From: Eledone cirrhosa
Lineage: Eukaryota
DNA: 64,000 nucleotides
NCBI GenBank assembly: GCA_964016885.1
Contig: OZ024740.1
Location: forward strand, 245,768,001 to 245,832,000
Direction: 5' to 3'
Positions 1-11,099 of the stretch are shown here, one piece after another. Within the stretch, counting starts at the first letter, position 1. Every line of letters starts with the position of its first letter. The notes under the pieces are model-generated. The model saw only the letters and a program-made list of their open reading frames with translations, was not told where the DNA came from and did not search any database. A program made the translations under genes and the position numbers.

Positions 1-325
1 CCCTGGGTAAGTGGCAGGTGTCATATTTGGAACACCACGGTCAGTGACTCTTTGCTCCCTTCCACATCATGGATGCCACGGTAAATGTGAGGGTCACTGT
101 TTTCGTTGTCAAATGGAATAAAATCCTAAAATACAATGAACTATTAAATAATTATTTTTTCCAGCTTGTAGTGTTTGAGATGTTTGGTGGAGCTAGGCTG
201 CTGACAGCGAAGTTCTTGTCATTGTTGGCAGCTTGCCTTACTGAGGTGTCAGGTAATGCTCGTGAGGGTGCTTGGTTGTTTCAGCGCCTTACCCACACTA
301 TCACCATATTTTTTGCCCTTGACAT
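1..325 (+). mobile_element. CRE-clade non-LTR retrotransposon, C-terminal restriction-like endonuclease (REL) fragment
   Basis: Translation PW-SGRCHIWNTTVSDS...KILKYNEL...FQLVVFEMFGG...GNAREGAWLFQRL resembles the PD-(D/E)xK REL C-terminus of CRE elements. It is homologous to 10670-10985, 39125-39320 and 2855-3286. Confidence 0.75.
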
Positions 326-446
326 TCTGAGTTCAAATCCTGCCGAGGTTAACTTTGCCTTTCATCCTTACGGGGTCGATAAAATAAAGTACCAGTAATA
401 CACTGGGATAATTGCTGGCCTTGTGCCTAAAGTAGAAACAATTATA
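326..446 (+). mobile_element. tRNA-derived SINE, 5'-truncated (Nin/Deu-like central domain)
   Basis: B box GAGTTCAAATCC, core GCCTTTCATCCTTACGGGGTCGATAAAATAAAGTACCAG and tail GGCCTTGTGCCTAAAGTAGAAACAATTAT. Same family as 11626-11808, 18623-18818 and 30381-30565. Confidence 0.85.
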
Positions 447-621
447 TTTGTGAGGTTCCTAACAATAATTAATTCTATTTATTATATATGTTTATATCTG
501 TATTTTATATTTTGATTCTGTAAGAATCATAAACAATTCGTGAGGAAAGTTGGTTGATCAATTAATCCACAGACTTTAATTGTAAACAGATGTAATGCAC
601 TCTACGACTTGTTCCTTAAAG

Positions 622-898
622 CAAGGGCCTTGTTTGCCTTAAAAATGTGAGGGGGACAAACCAACATTTGTTGATTCTTAAAGGAGCATAAATTACTTAT
701 GGTGCCTTTCCCGGACCCTATTACATAAGTAAAATTTTACACTAATTAAATTTTATATATTCAAATGAAGTTCAGATATAAAGAAATAAGCTTTAAAAGA
801 ATTTATTATATCAAATATACAAAAAGTAATATATAGACGTTTGAAAAAGTGGGGGTGGGGGACTTGTCCCCTGGTACCCCCCTGAAACAAGGCCCTTG
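622..898. mobile_element. hAT-type MITE (non-autonomous DNA transposon)
   Basis: Perfect 14-bp TIRs CAAGGGCCTTGTTT (622-635) and AAACAAGGCCCTTG (885-898), flanked by a perfect 8-bp TSD CCTTAAAG (614-621, 899-906). Confidence 0.9.
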
Positions 899-937
899 CC
901 TTAAAGTATTATCAATAAGGTATCAACTGGAGTGTCA

Positions 938-1250
938 ATATTACAAAGAAGAGAGACGGTTTTAAATGTACATCCTGTTTATTATATAATCCTGGTATAC
1001 GTATTTTGAAAACGTCAAAGTGATTGCATAATAACCTTTCAGACAGGTACAAAGTTCTACTGTTTTTATTTTTGATATACTACTGCAGTTAGTAATGTGG
1101 TGGTAGCAGTCCATTCCAGTTGCACCTGTCTGTAGTGAACGCATCAAAGAATTATTATGCAATCACTTTGACATCTTCGAAATACGTATAACATGATTAT
1201 ATAATGAACAGAGGATATACATTTAAAACCGTCTCTCTTCTTTATAATAT
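938..1250. mobile_element. Foldback-type MITE with ~95-bp terminal inverted repeats
   Basis: 938-1033 (ATATTACAAAGAAGAGAGACGGTTTTAAATG...CAAAGTGATTGCATAATAA) is an imperfect inverted copy of 1152-1250. The TA context suggests a Tc1/mariner-type target. Confidence 0.8.
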
Positions 1251-1469
1251 ATGTGTGTGTTTAAACAATGCGTAATGAAAACATAATCAAGAGGGACAAC
1301 TCAGATGGGTTTTTTTTTTAAGCACCTAATTAAACTTTGGAAACAGGTAATGTGACGGAATAAAAGATGGCCTGACAGAAAATTTAGCGAAATATAGTTA
1401 TTTACGTGTCTACTATAACAATGAAGACAGCAAAATATGTTTGCCTCATTAATCAACTAGTGGCCCAAC

Positions 1470-1605
1470 AAAGGAGATCGGTAAAATAAGTACCAGACAT
1501 GAAAAGATAAGTACTAGTGATGATATAACTGACTAAATACTTTGAACGCAGTACCCCAGCATGACTGCAGTCTAATGACTGAAATTAGAAAAATAAAAGA
1601 AGAAA
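1470..1605 (+). mobile_element. Degenerate SINE 3' half (second subfamily)
   Basis: GATCGGTAAAATAAGTACCAG core variant, then ...CCCCAGCATGACTGCAGTCTAATGACTGAAA and an A-rich tail. Confidence 0.55.
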
Positions 1606-2829
1606 TAACATCAATGAATAAATGCATGCGGTAACTGTATTCAATATATATTTTCATCTGATTATATCTCTCTTCCAGTGGGAAGCTCTTAACTTATGAG
1701 ACCAAACAGTCGCCAATCCAAGTATGTGAGCTGAATTCAACTATCAGTGGTAACTAGGCAATTCATAATGACATTTATTGACCATCTCCAAAGCTCAAGT
1801 CAGACCCATCTGGGATGGTGCTGCTGTTGCAAATACAGACACCTTAAACTGCAACTAGAGAAAATTTCCTTTCTGTTTTTTCTGCTTTAACTACAAATGG
1901 TCTCTGTGTAGCGGAGTTGTTTCATGGCATGTAACAATAATCTATTCATGCATGATTTGGTCACCGGTTGGCCAATCGTGAGTCACGCATGAATATACAA
2001 CTTCTGCCCTGCTAGAAGATTTTCGCGCTTCTTTTGTTTCCCTTTATACCAATTGCTGCTTTGACAACAAGACGTAAATATCCATTTTTCCTTGCCATGT
2101 CAACAACTCGCCAATATGCAACGGTAAATTACAACTTCGGCATGGTCTGCGACATGTCGGCTGGCAACTGTGCTTTCTTTGCATATAACACTTAATTTTG
2201 TTTGTTCTCTTTATTTGGCATGCCAGCACAACTTTTGTAATCCCTTCAGTTTGTAAATAAATCATGTAAAAAGTTATAAAGTTTTATAATACTTTTACTG
2301 CACCACTTGGGTGTGATATGGGAAAATCCTACCACAGCAAATTCTCTTCTTTTGTGGTGACAACCTTACAACCGAATAACAACTTCAACTTCAACTACTT
2401 CTACGTTACATTCACTTTCGGCTAACATTGCCACATAACAAAACCTACACATTCTCTCACTAGCATGTACAAAACAAGCCTTTTATTGCTAAATTGGATT
2501 TAATAACAAAAATATTCTAATTGCTAAATCTGTCCCTCAGAACAAACTGACTTCTCAGTGAGATACAGGATTTGAATGTAAGAATGTACAAAACAACATC
2601 TCAGAGTGCACACTATGTATGTTAATCGTAATGTAGATGTCAGTATGTGGATCATGATATTGGCAGTGAACTGGCAGCATTGACAGAGAATTGGATGAAA
2701 AAAAAAAACTATGGTATCTGGTAGTAACCCCTACAGATCAGGCAGTCTCCTTTTACCCTGGCTACCCGTCTGTCCTCTTCTCATATCACATGCCAAGACA
2801 ATTAGTACAAACAAATAAATAAGTAAATA

Positions 2830-5200
2830 AGTGTTAATGTTCTCTCTCTTTCACTCACTGCTTCCGTCTCTCTTGATCTCTCCATCTCTCACTATTATAA
2901 GCAAATGGGTGCCCATGCACTAACTGCCCTATGGCCCCGGAGGACAGAATCAAGAAGGCGGTTCCCTGGAGGTTGGTGAGGGAGACACATCGGAAGAGCC
3001 ATTCCAGCTCACGAGGCTCATTCTTGTGGGTAGCTAATTCTGTGCTGATGGTGGTGAATACGGACGTGGTCCTAGGGCCAAGGACACTAGAGGTCTCCGC
3101 TGCTATGGCCTCGACAGCAAACCTGTCAGAGAGCGACCAATGTTTGGAGAGTTTACCTTCCTCAGCCCGAAGTGCTGCAGAGTTTGGATTAGTTGCAGAT
3201 TGTACCAGGTTGCTGCTGAAAAATGTGTCACTGTATGTGGCATCCCAAATGAGGGTTTTGCCACCACGGAATGAGAAGATTGTCATGCCATCCCTTCAGT
3301 TGAGCTGGGAGGGGAAGCCTGCAGCATCCAAGCCATGCTTTATGACCTTGTTGAGAGCATCATGGCATGGAAGGCGGCCGGCACTGTAGTGACAGGACAG
3401 CGGGTGGTGGCCAAAAGAATCTACATTGGATCCGCAAAGTGATTTGTGTGGATCGCACATCTGGAATCCTAGTTTCAGGGAAATCACGATTCACAGGCTA
3501 TCCTTATCCAGCTGCGTGCCAGTCAAAAAGGAGGGTAATGCATTGAGACAGGCACCACTGTGGGAGGCTCAATGCCTGAATGAAAATATGCAAGACTCTG
3601 CTGGTTGAGCTGGCATGCTAGCCTGTCCGAGGCCATGCCGCACTGGATGGCATCCCATATGCTCTGGTGGGGGTTTTGACGTCTACAGGGGGAAGAGAAA
3701 GAGGGACATTTACTGGGTGGAATCCAAGCCAGTTTCAAGTCTTGCAGGTGTCCTCACGTTCCTCGATCACCGTGGGTTCCATTGTGTTGTGGATAATCCA
3801 GTTGACAAGGACGCGACAAGGGGTTACTGATGAAGAAATGCCAGCAAACCCAGCGAGACTGGAGATCAAGGCCACCTGATGTTGCATACTCGGATACAAG
3901 TATCGAGGTCAGGGAGGAGATGTGTGGCTGTAGCAAGGAACTCTACGAAATGTGTAAAGGAGCTTCGGCATGGTGAAGCAGTTCCTCAACAGGATAGGGC
4001 TGGATGGGCGTCAATCCTGGAGCATGGACCTCATGGTGAAGCAGATGACCGGCGGGAAGATTGGTAACCCAAGGATGAAGACATCCTTTTTCGGGGTCAC
4101 CTACACCTGACAGAGTATGGCTCGCACATCCGAGACGGAGGCTGCAAACTCCTCTGTGTCATAGTTGACATTCAGCACCTCCGACTTGGATGCATTGACC
4201 TCGAGGCCGATTCTTGCCAGAGTAGGAACCACTATTTGCAGGTCGTGGAAGACAGTCTCCACAGACCCGCTCAATGTAGCATCATCCAGATACCAAACGT
4301 TGAAAGGGGTCATGAGGTTTCAAACAATGTAGTCTATCCTGAGATAGCAAGGAAGGACTTAATGGCAGTTATGATGTCTGTATCTGATGCCACAAAGAGC
4401 AGGTGAGGATCAGGTGGGAATATGGGTCTGAAGTTTGCAGGCGGCTCAGGATGCTTAAACTGAAGAGCAGTCAGGACCTCTTCGGTAGGGTGAAGAATGG
4501 TGCAACCACTCTGACCACGACAGAGACATCACTCTCGATTAGTTTGCCATGGTCACATAAAGGCTATGTGCTGGCCTCAGGCATGGCGGATTGAGAGCAC
4601 CTGAGAGCAAAGGGTGTGGAGTCCTTGGGCACACTTGGGGTGGGCGCTTGCCCAAAGGGCGAAATGTTCGCCTTTACGAAAGCTGCTCTCAACAGGCTGC
4701 CTCGGTCAGCACCACAGTTGAGAAGGCCAAGGATGAGTTGGGTGAAATAGAAGAGGCACTCCCAGTTACTGGCTCGATTAGAGTCCAGGGCCTTCTCGAT
4801 TCAGGATGGGAGGGTTTTGGCCATCGACACTTGGACTGAACCACCACAGCCAAGCGATGTTGACCTGCGAGGCTTGAGCATCAGACAAGCTCGCTATCCC
4901 ATCTGGTGGTGTAGTGGATGGCTGCAGCAGTGCAGATGAGGGGAAAAGACAATTGCTGCATCTCCTCGCTGTCAGGGCCCTGGAGGCTCGTCGCGTCAGG
5001 CCAACGCAAGAAAGATGGTGGAAACATCCTCACCCTGAACAGTTTCTGCCTTTCTTCCACCTGTTTGTGGTGGTGTATGTGCTGCATGTGTCAACTAGTG
5101 GGGATGGAGGGTAGGGCATGGAGCTGAGGAGTGGAGCACTATGCGGTAACAGGGGTGTGTGGTTGATTGTCTCGGACCAGGGCGTTTAGCTCAACGGTTG
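2830..5200 (-). mobile_element. Degenerate CRE-clade non-LTR retrotransposon (RT, CCHC finger, REL endonuclease)
   Basis: ORF pieces: RT motif FNVWYLDDATL and GLEVNASKSE (4101-4313); C-x-C...HxxxC finger LCGSNVDSFGHHPLSC (3296-3487); REL DGMTI...LIWDATYSDT...KLSKH (2855-3300). Broken by stops and frameshifts. Confidence 0.85.
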
Positions 5201-5467
5201 GTGAGTAGAGAGGAGAAACTGGAATCATGAGGAAGTAAGTAGGGTGACGATATAAAGGAGGCAGCATATCTCATCTACAACAAACCTGAAGGCAACGGCA
5301 ACAAAAAAAAAGGAGGGGTAGGGGTATGGTTAATAATGTAGTTATGTATTTATATACACAGATTATCTTACATAGACAGATCTACAATGCTTGTTTGTGT
5401 ATGTTTTCACATAGGCAAAGTTACATAGTGTGTGTAATCTGAATGTAATTATCAACAGGTATAAATA

Positions 5468-5527
5468 TATAAAGTACCAGTAATGAACTGGGTAATTGCT
5501 GGCCTTGTGCCTAAAGTAGAAACAAAT
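5468..5527 (+). mobile_element. SINE 3' tail fragment
   Basis: TAAAGTACCAGTAATGAACTGGGTAATTGCTGGCCTTGTGCCTAAAGTAGAAAC, nearly identical to the other SINE copies. Confidence 0.8.
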
Positions 5528-5992
5528 ATGTATGTGATTGTGTGGTACAATTGATCCTGGCTAATTCCTTGTGTTTATCACCAGTGAAAAATGGCAGTGG
5601 TGCTTTATCTTGGCCACAACCATTCCTCCTTTGATGATCTTGTAGTTCTGTTGCTCCTCTCCATTTTCTTCTTCCAGACAAATAAACACGTATACTGTAT
5701 TAGTGATGATGGTAGTGGTGGTGATGATGATGATGACAATGATGTTCATTTGGTTGTAATGATGATGATATATATATGTATATATATCTTAAATGATCAA
5801 GTAAATCCCCAGTGTTGTAGTTGTACAAGGGTGATATTTTTTTGTTGTCCATCGTTTTGTTGATATTTTCTGAGTTGTTGATATTGTTGTTGCTGAAGTT
5901 TTTCCAAGGCTACTTATTGTTGACATAAAAAAGGGATTGCCAGTTTTGAATGAATGGGAACTATAAATACACACACACTCAATATATATATA

Positions 5993-6884
5993 CAGGGTGC
6001 GGACGATATTTGTTCGCAAGATTACTGTCTAGGAAAATATAACACAGTAGTTTTATTTTTAAAGATATATTTATCAAACTTGGGTCAGTTTGTCTTCATG
6101 ACTTGTTCTTTCGATCTCACTTGATAAACCCGCCATTGGTTTTGATGACGGCCTCAAGGCGGCCTCGGAACCGGCTACAGGCCTTCATCACTGTCCCCCG
6201 ACTTAGGCCCCTAAAGGCACTTGTGATCCTAACCTTCAGATTGTCTTTCGTATTGCAGCTAGATCTGTTGGTGTCTCGTTCCACTGCGCCTCACACAAAG
6301 AAGTTGAGGGGGTTGCAGTCAGGCGAGCTGGGAGGCAAGATGTCAGGTGAAGTGTGGTCGACGAAGTTCTCTGACAGCCAGGCTTGGGTCTTTCGGCTGG
6401 TATGGCAGGGCGCTGAGTCTTGCTGCCACATGTACAGCCTACCTGCAGCTATCTGGTCGATCCAGGGCTTTACTACCTCACTCAGAACGCGGATGTAGCC
6501 ATCGGTGTTCAGCTTGAGGCCCTCAGGGAAGAAGTGAGGTGGCATGACATCACCTTGACTGCTGACGACACCTAAGACCAATGTTGTCGCTGGAAACTTT
6601 GTCTGCATGACTCTGGGCACATCTTTGGATGAGACAGCGAACCACCTGTTGTTCTGGGAGTTGATCTTCTGGTCTTATTTGTCCGCCTGGCGCAGATTCA
6701 AAGAAGAACTCTGTGTCTCTTCCACAAATTTGGAGGTTCAAAATTATTCATAATCAATTATTTTGAAAATAAATAATGGAAATATAGTCACTGTTTTTAT
6801 GAAGACAAGAGTGACAACGGAAGTAAAAAAAATTTGTATAAAATTAGCAGTTGAAAATTGGGAACAAATATCGTCCGCACCCTG
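5993..6884 (-). mobile_element. Internally deleted Tc1/mariner transposon, DD37D (maT-like) family
   Basis: TIRs CAGGGTGCGGACGATATTTGTTC and GAACAAATATCGTCCGCACCCTG with a TA TSD inside (TA)n. Transposase remnant (6291-6620) WQQDSAPCH...PPSSPDCNPLN has 37 residues between the second D and the third catalytic position, which is mutated D to N. The N-terminal half is missing. Confidence 0.9.
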
Positions 6885-6895
6885 TATATATATAA

Positions 6896-6947
<52 letters not shown>

Positions 6948-7299
6948 GAAAGATCACTGGTTGAGAGCTTGTGGCAATAATCATATTTTTTCAGTGTGAA
7001 TTTTTTTGGCCAACATTTCAGACCTGGCTTATCTCCTCTTTATGTGACATCATGTGCCACTAGCAACTGAGAGCTTAGAACGCCATTTTGTGTCTTTCCT
7101 AAACAGAGAGGCGACCTCCTGCTGATGAAACGATCCTAAATCGAATTACATAATGTGTACAATCATTACCTAATACTAGCAGAAAAATCGCCCACGGGTG
7201 GTTTTGTGCTAGCATATGTAGTGTGCATATTGGTATTATACGCAAATATATATGCATATAGATATATGTAAATTGAAAAGTAAATTGAAAAGTAAATCT

Positions 7300-7911
7300 T
7301 CTTCTTCACCCACTTATTTCTGAGAGGGTCGTGGGGGCAGAGTCCTTCTCAAACACTCCTTCCAGCGAGTCTGTCAGTAGCAAACATCTCTAACTGATCC
7401 AGCTGGATCCCAAAGTGTGACCAGCCAAGCTCATGTATGTTATCCCACTATCTTGCTCAGGGTCTACCTCTGGGTCTCTTGCTGGTTGGTTTTTCCTGTA
7501 AAATGTGTCCAGCGATTCTTTACTGAGACATTCTAACGACATGCTCATAATATCGGAGTTGTGATCTCTCAATTCGAAGAAGTAGCGGCTCTAACAGGAG
7601 TGACTCTCTGGTCTCTGAGCTATGCACTTTATCGAGTAACGTTACTCCAAATACTCTTCGGAGGAATCCTATTTCTACCGTTTTTATTTGCAATTGTATT
7701 CTTTTGGTCATTACTCAAGATTCATGATCCTCGGTAAGAGTTCGCAGTAATACCAGGAAGACAGCGAGTTTGGCTTTTACACCTACCCCCCCCCCCCTTC
7801 TTCTGATTGCTGAATGCTGAGGCTGGCGCATTACTGCATCAGCTTTTGTAATTCTTGCACTTAATTCACCCTCCTGCATTTCATCACGCGTGAACACGGC
7901 TCCAAAATACT
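7300..7911 (-). mobile_element. RTE-clade LINE 3' fragment; continues at 10047-~10130 beyond the LTR insertion
   Basis: EIGFLRRVFGVTLLDKV...IERSQLRYYEHVVRM thumb/C-terminal motifs. Removing 7912-10046 and the TSD restores LEKFKYFG. Confidence 0.8.
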
Positions 7912-8252
7912 TTTAGCGAGAGTACTGGGTAGTATGAATGTAACAAGGAATACATTGTTTGTGTGTATAATATTTAATTAACAATGGTAGATAGTATAGT
8001 TGACATGTCAAAGAAATAGATGATAGAATGAAACAAAGTTAGTCGTTACCGTTTTGATTGCCAGGCAAACGCGGCTGGCAGAGGACGCCTGGCTAAGGCC
8101 AGCCAGGCGCCGGAAGGCCAAATGAGAGGCAGAGCCAAATGAGAGAGTGAGAACTTAAAGTTGTTAGTTTTATAGGGTTCTGACCGGAAGTTACAGAAAG
8201 GGTTCTACTTCCCGTCTAGATGTTAATCCAAACAAGGGAGACAACCGCTACA
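7912..8252 (-). repeat. 3' LTR of the non-autonomous element
   Basis: Direct repeat of 9706-10046. Minus-strand termini are TGTAGCG...CGCTAAA. Confidence 0.92.
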
Positions 8253-8599
8253 TAACCTCCCGCCAGAATTTTAGAATATAAAAATCGAATTGAAATATGT
8301 AGCAAGTTGGCGAGAATGTTGTAACAGGCATGAAAATTACGACAAAAGAATGTTTGCAAAAATCAATGATAGATATCAAGGTAGTAAAGTAAGAGAAGGG
8401 CTCAAAGTTCAAATGTACAAAATATAGTTCACAGGTGTGCAATCACATGACAGCAGGAAAGAAAGTGTGTTCCAGAGAATGAATGCAGGTGGTCTCTGTT
8501 CTGTGGTATATCGTGAAATTTCCAACCTCCGAATGGATTTTCTCACAGGAAGAGTGCTGCAAAAATAAATTCTCTGGCTTTGGTTGTTGGTGAAGCTGT

Positions 8600-8785
8600 G
8601 TTGATGTATTGCTGTTGCTGTTATATTGCTGTTGCTGTTGCTGCTGTATTGCTGTTGCTGTTGCTGTTGCTGCTGTATTGCTGTTGCTGTTATATTGCTG
8701 TTGCTGTTGCTGCTGTATTGCTGTTGCTGTTGCTGCTGTATTGCTGTTGCTGTTATATTGCTGGTGCTGTTGCTGCTGCTGTTGT
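8600..8785. repeat. (TGC/TGT)n compound microsatellite with a higher-order repeat, inside the LTR element
   Basis: About 3 copies of GTATTGCTGTTGCTGTTATATTGCTGTTGCTGTTGCTGCT-like units. Confidence 0.9.
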
Positions 8786-9705
8786 CTCGCTGAGTGAGCG
8801 TATTCGGTGTTTAAATTCGCAGTAAATAAAATTTTTTTTTTTAGAAAAAATGAGTTGCGCAAAGTGCTAGAAATAGCAGCCGAAGTTGATGGTCGATGTT
8901 GAGAATGCGTTGACCTGGAAGGGTCAAGAGGCCAGCGACCAAAGAAATAAGCATTCTGAATAAATGCGCAGTTTTCAACGGCAAATTTACGTAGTAAATT
9001 TTTAAACCGGCAAATAGGAGAATATAGCTTAAGGCTGAAGAATCCTTGGCGAGAAACGTTATCTCTGGCGTGCGGCTATCTCTGTGAGTCGAGACATCTC
9101 TGTGAGTCGAGAATTTGTGCTGCCTACACGTGCCAATACAAGGTTGAAAAAATAATATTTCTAACGCACGAGAAAATGATAGTGCAATTTTGAAAGTGAC
9201 AATGATGAAAAAGAAAGGCTTCACTCAGCATAATTATTGGTGTGAACTTTGGAAAAAAAACTTGAACGATGAAGAAAACGATGAACAAAAAGGCAATGGT
9301 TCATCGAAAATAAATGTTCCTGTTGAAATGTTTTTTAAAGAATATCAAATTTCTTTTTTTTTTTGGTTTTGAAAGAGTTCGTTGTAAGAAACGAGAAACA
9401 TATATATATCGTGAAATGTTTTTTATTTATTTTTTTTTTTTTGAAAGAGTTCGTTGTAAGAAACGAGAATATATATCGTGAAATGCGACAGTTAGTTGAT
9501 GCATGAGAGAAAAAGTCTGTCTGAACGCGAATTCTACATGTGCGTGTGTCCGTTTCTTTGAGTATTCTAATAGTTTGTCGATAAATTTGCTGTGTATTCG
9601 TAATGTTACCCACACGACTCCAGAATCTGCTATCTTTTTCTTTGTTCGGGGTGACCACTTATAGCGATGAACGGCTGCGTGTTCGTATCACGTCAGGGTT
9701 ACCAA

Positions 9706-10046
9706 TTTAGCGAGAGTACTGGGTAGTATGAATGTAACAAGGAATACATTGTTTGTGTGTATAATATTTAATTAACAATGGTAGATAGTATAGTTGACAT
9801 GTCAAAGAAATAGATGATAGAATGAAACAAAGTTAGTCGTTACCGTTTTGATTGCCAGGCAAACGTGGCTGGCAGAGGACGCCTGGCTAAGGCCAGCCAG
9901 GCGCCGGAAGGCCAAATGAGAGGCAGAGCCAAATGAGAGAGTGAGAACTTAAAGTTGTTAGTTTTATAGGGTTCTGACCGGAAGTTACAGAAAGGGTTCT
10001 ACTTCCCGTCTAGATGTTAATCCAAACAAGGGAGACAACCGCTACA
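9706..10046 (-). repeat. 5' LTR of the non-autonomous element
   Basis: Direct repeat of 7912-8252, followed on the minus strand by PBS TGGTAACCCTGACGTGAT. Confidence 0.92.
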
Positions 10047-10669
10047 TACTTGAACTTCTCTAACTGCTTTAGTAGAACTCCATTCACATATATATAAATT
10101 TGAGGGACTTCTGTCCACCTGTCCATCACACAATGTGTATGTGTGTTTGTGTGAATGTGTAGCAGTAATATATATCCTTTGTAATTAAATGTATTTTCCT
10201 TTGGCGGAAGAAAAATTTTACGGAAGTAAATTGGCTGAAGTGTGAGCCAATCAAAACCTTCGACGTAGCGATACAAGTAACTGGACTACTTAGACCAGAG
10301 AACGGAAGTTAAGTCAGAAGATCAGTCTCCAGATAAACCTGCTATCGTCAAGATGTTGATTCTTCGACACGCCATATCCTGTCGTATCTCACACATGGAA
10401 ATACAGGCAAAATGACTTTCACAGTGTGAAGCAAGAATAAATTAAGTACATACGTATAATGGAGTTTGTCTATTTAATGCCTTCTGATCTAACCTTACTA
10501 ACAACTATAACAACTTACATTCTTCATTATAAATGTATGTGTGTGTAAAAGGAAGGAAAGGGATACACACATATATGTCTCTAACTTAAAAACACGTGTC
10601 TCTAATTTAAGAACACCAGCAAACTCACGTGCGCGCACATACACACACTGTCTTATTACCACTTAAGAG

Positions 10670-10985
10670 CTTTGGCCCGGGAAAACATCCCCTCAAGTTT
10701 GGAACCGTCTGGGTTGTCCTGAATTGATGGGAAAAGACTTGACGGTCTTACTCTGTGCTCCTGGTCAAGAGGCAGGTGCCTTAACTGGGATGTCACAGTT
10801 AGTGACTCTTTTGCTTCTTCCCTCATCCTGGATGCAGTGGTAAGGGCGAGAGCTACAGCATCTGCAGCTGAATGGAACAAAATCCTAAAATACTGTGTCC
10901 TGTCAGCTAACTATATTATTCAGCCTGTGGCATTTGTGACGTTTGGGGGAGTCGGGATACTGACAGTGAGGTTCTTATCTTCACA
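10670..10985 (+). mobile_element. CRE-clade REL endonuclease fragment
   Basis: LEPSGL...DGKRLDGLTL-SWSRGRCLNWDVTVSDS...NKILKY...QPVAFVTFGG; homologous to 1-325. Confidence 0.75.
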
Positions 10986-11099
10986 TCCATACAACGCTAA
11001 GAGGATATGTGTGTGTGTATGTAAATAAAAGTGTGTGTGTGCTTGTAAATACAAGCTGTGAGCAAAAGTATGTTAATATAAGAGAGGGCAGGAGAGAGA

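Larger units (their letters stand above)
7912..10046 (-). mobile_element. Non-autonomous LTR retrotransposon (TRIM/LARD-like, Gypsy-related), very recent
   Basis: Two 341-bp LTRs (7912-8252, 9706-10046) with one visible difference; TSD TACT(T); tRNA-Trp PBS at 9673-9704; PPT (minus-strand GGCGGGAGG) at 8256-8264; no gag or pol ORF. Confidence 0.92.

Noticed and set aside
1680-2460. Possible decayed DNA-transposase (Mutator-like) coding sequence on the minus strand
   Set aside because: Only a vague Cys/His resemblance, with no readable catalytic motif or TIRs. A profile search is needed.
8443-8862. PolyQ/N/T ORF (139 aa) and its polyC/L antisense ORFs
   Set aside because: These are translations of a TGC/TGT microsatellite inside a non-coding LTR element, with no domain content.
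9673-9704. Possible tRNA-Trp gene
   Set aside because: Only the 3' ~32 nt with encoded CCA is present, adjacent to an LTR, with no D arm or 5' acceptor strand. It is a primer-binding site.
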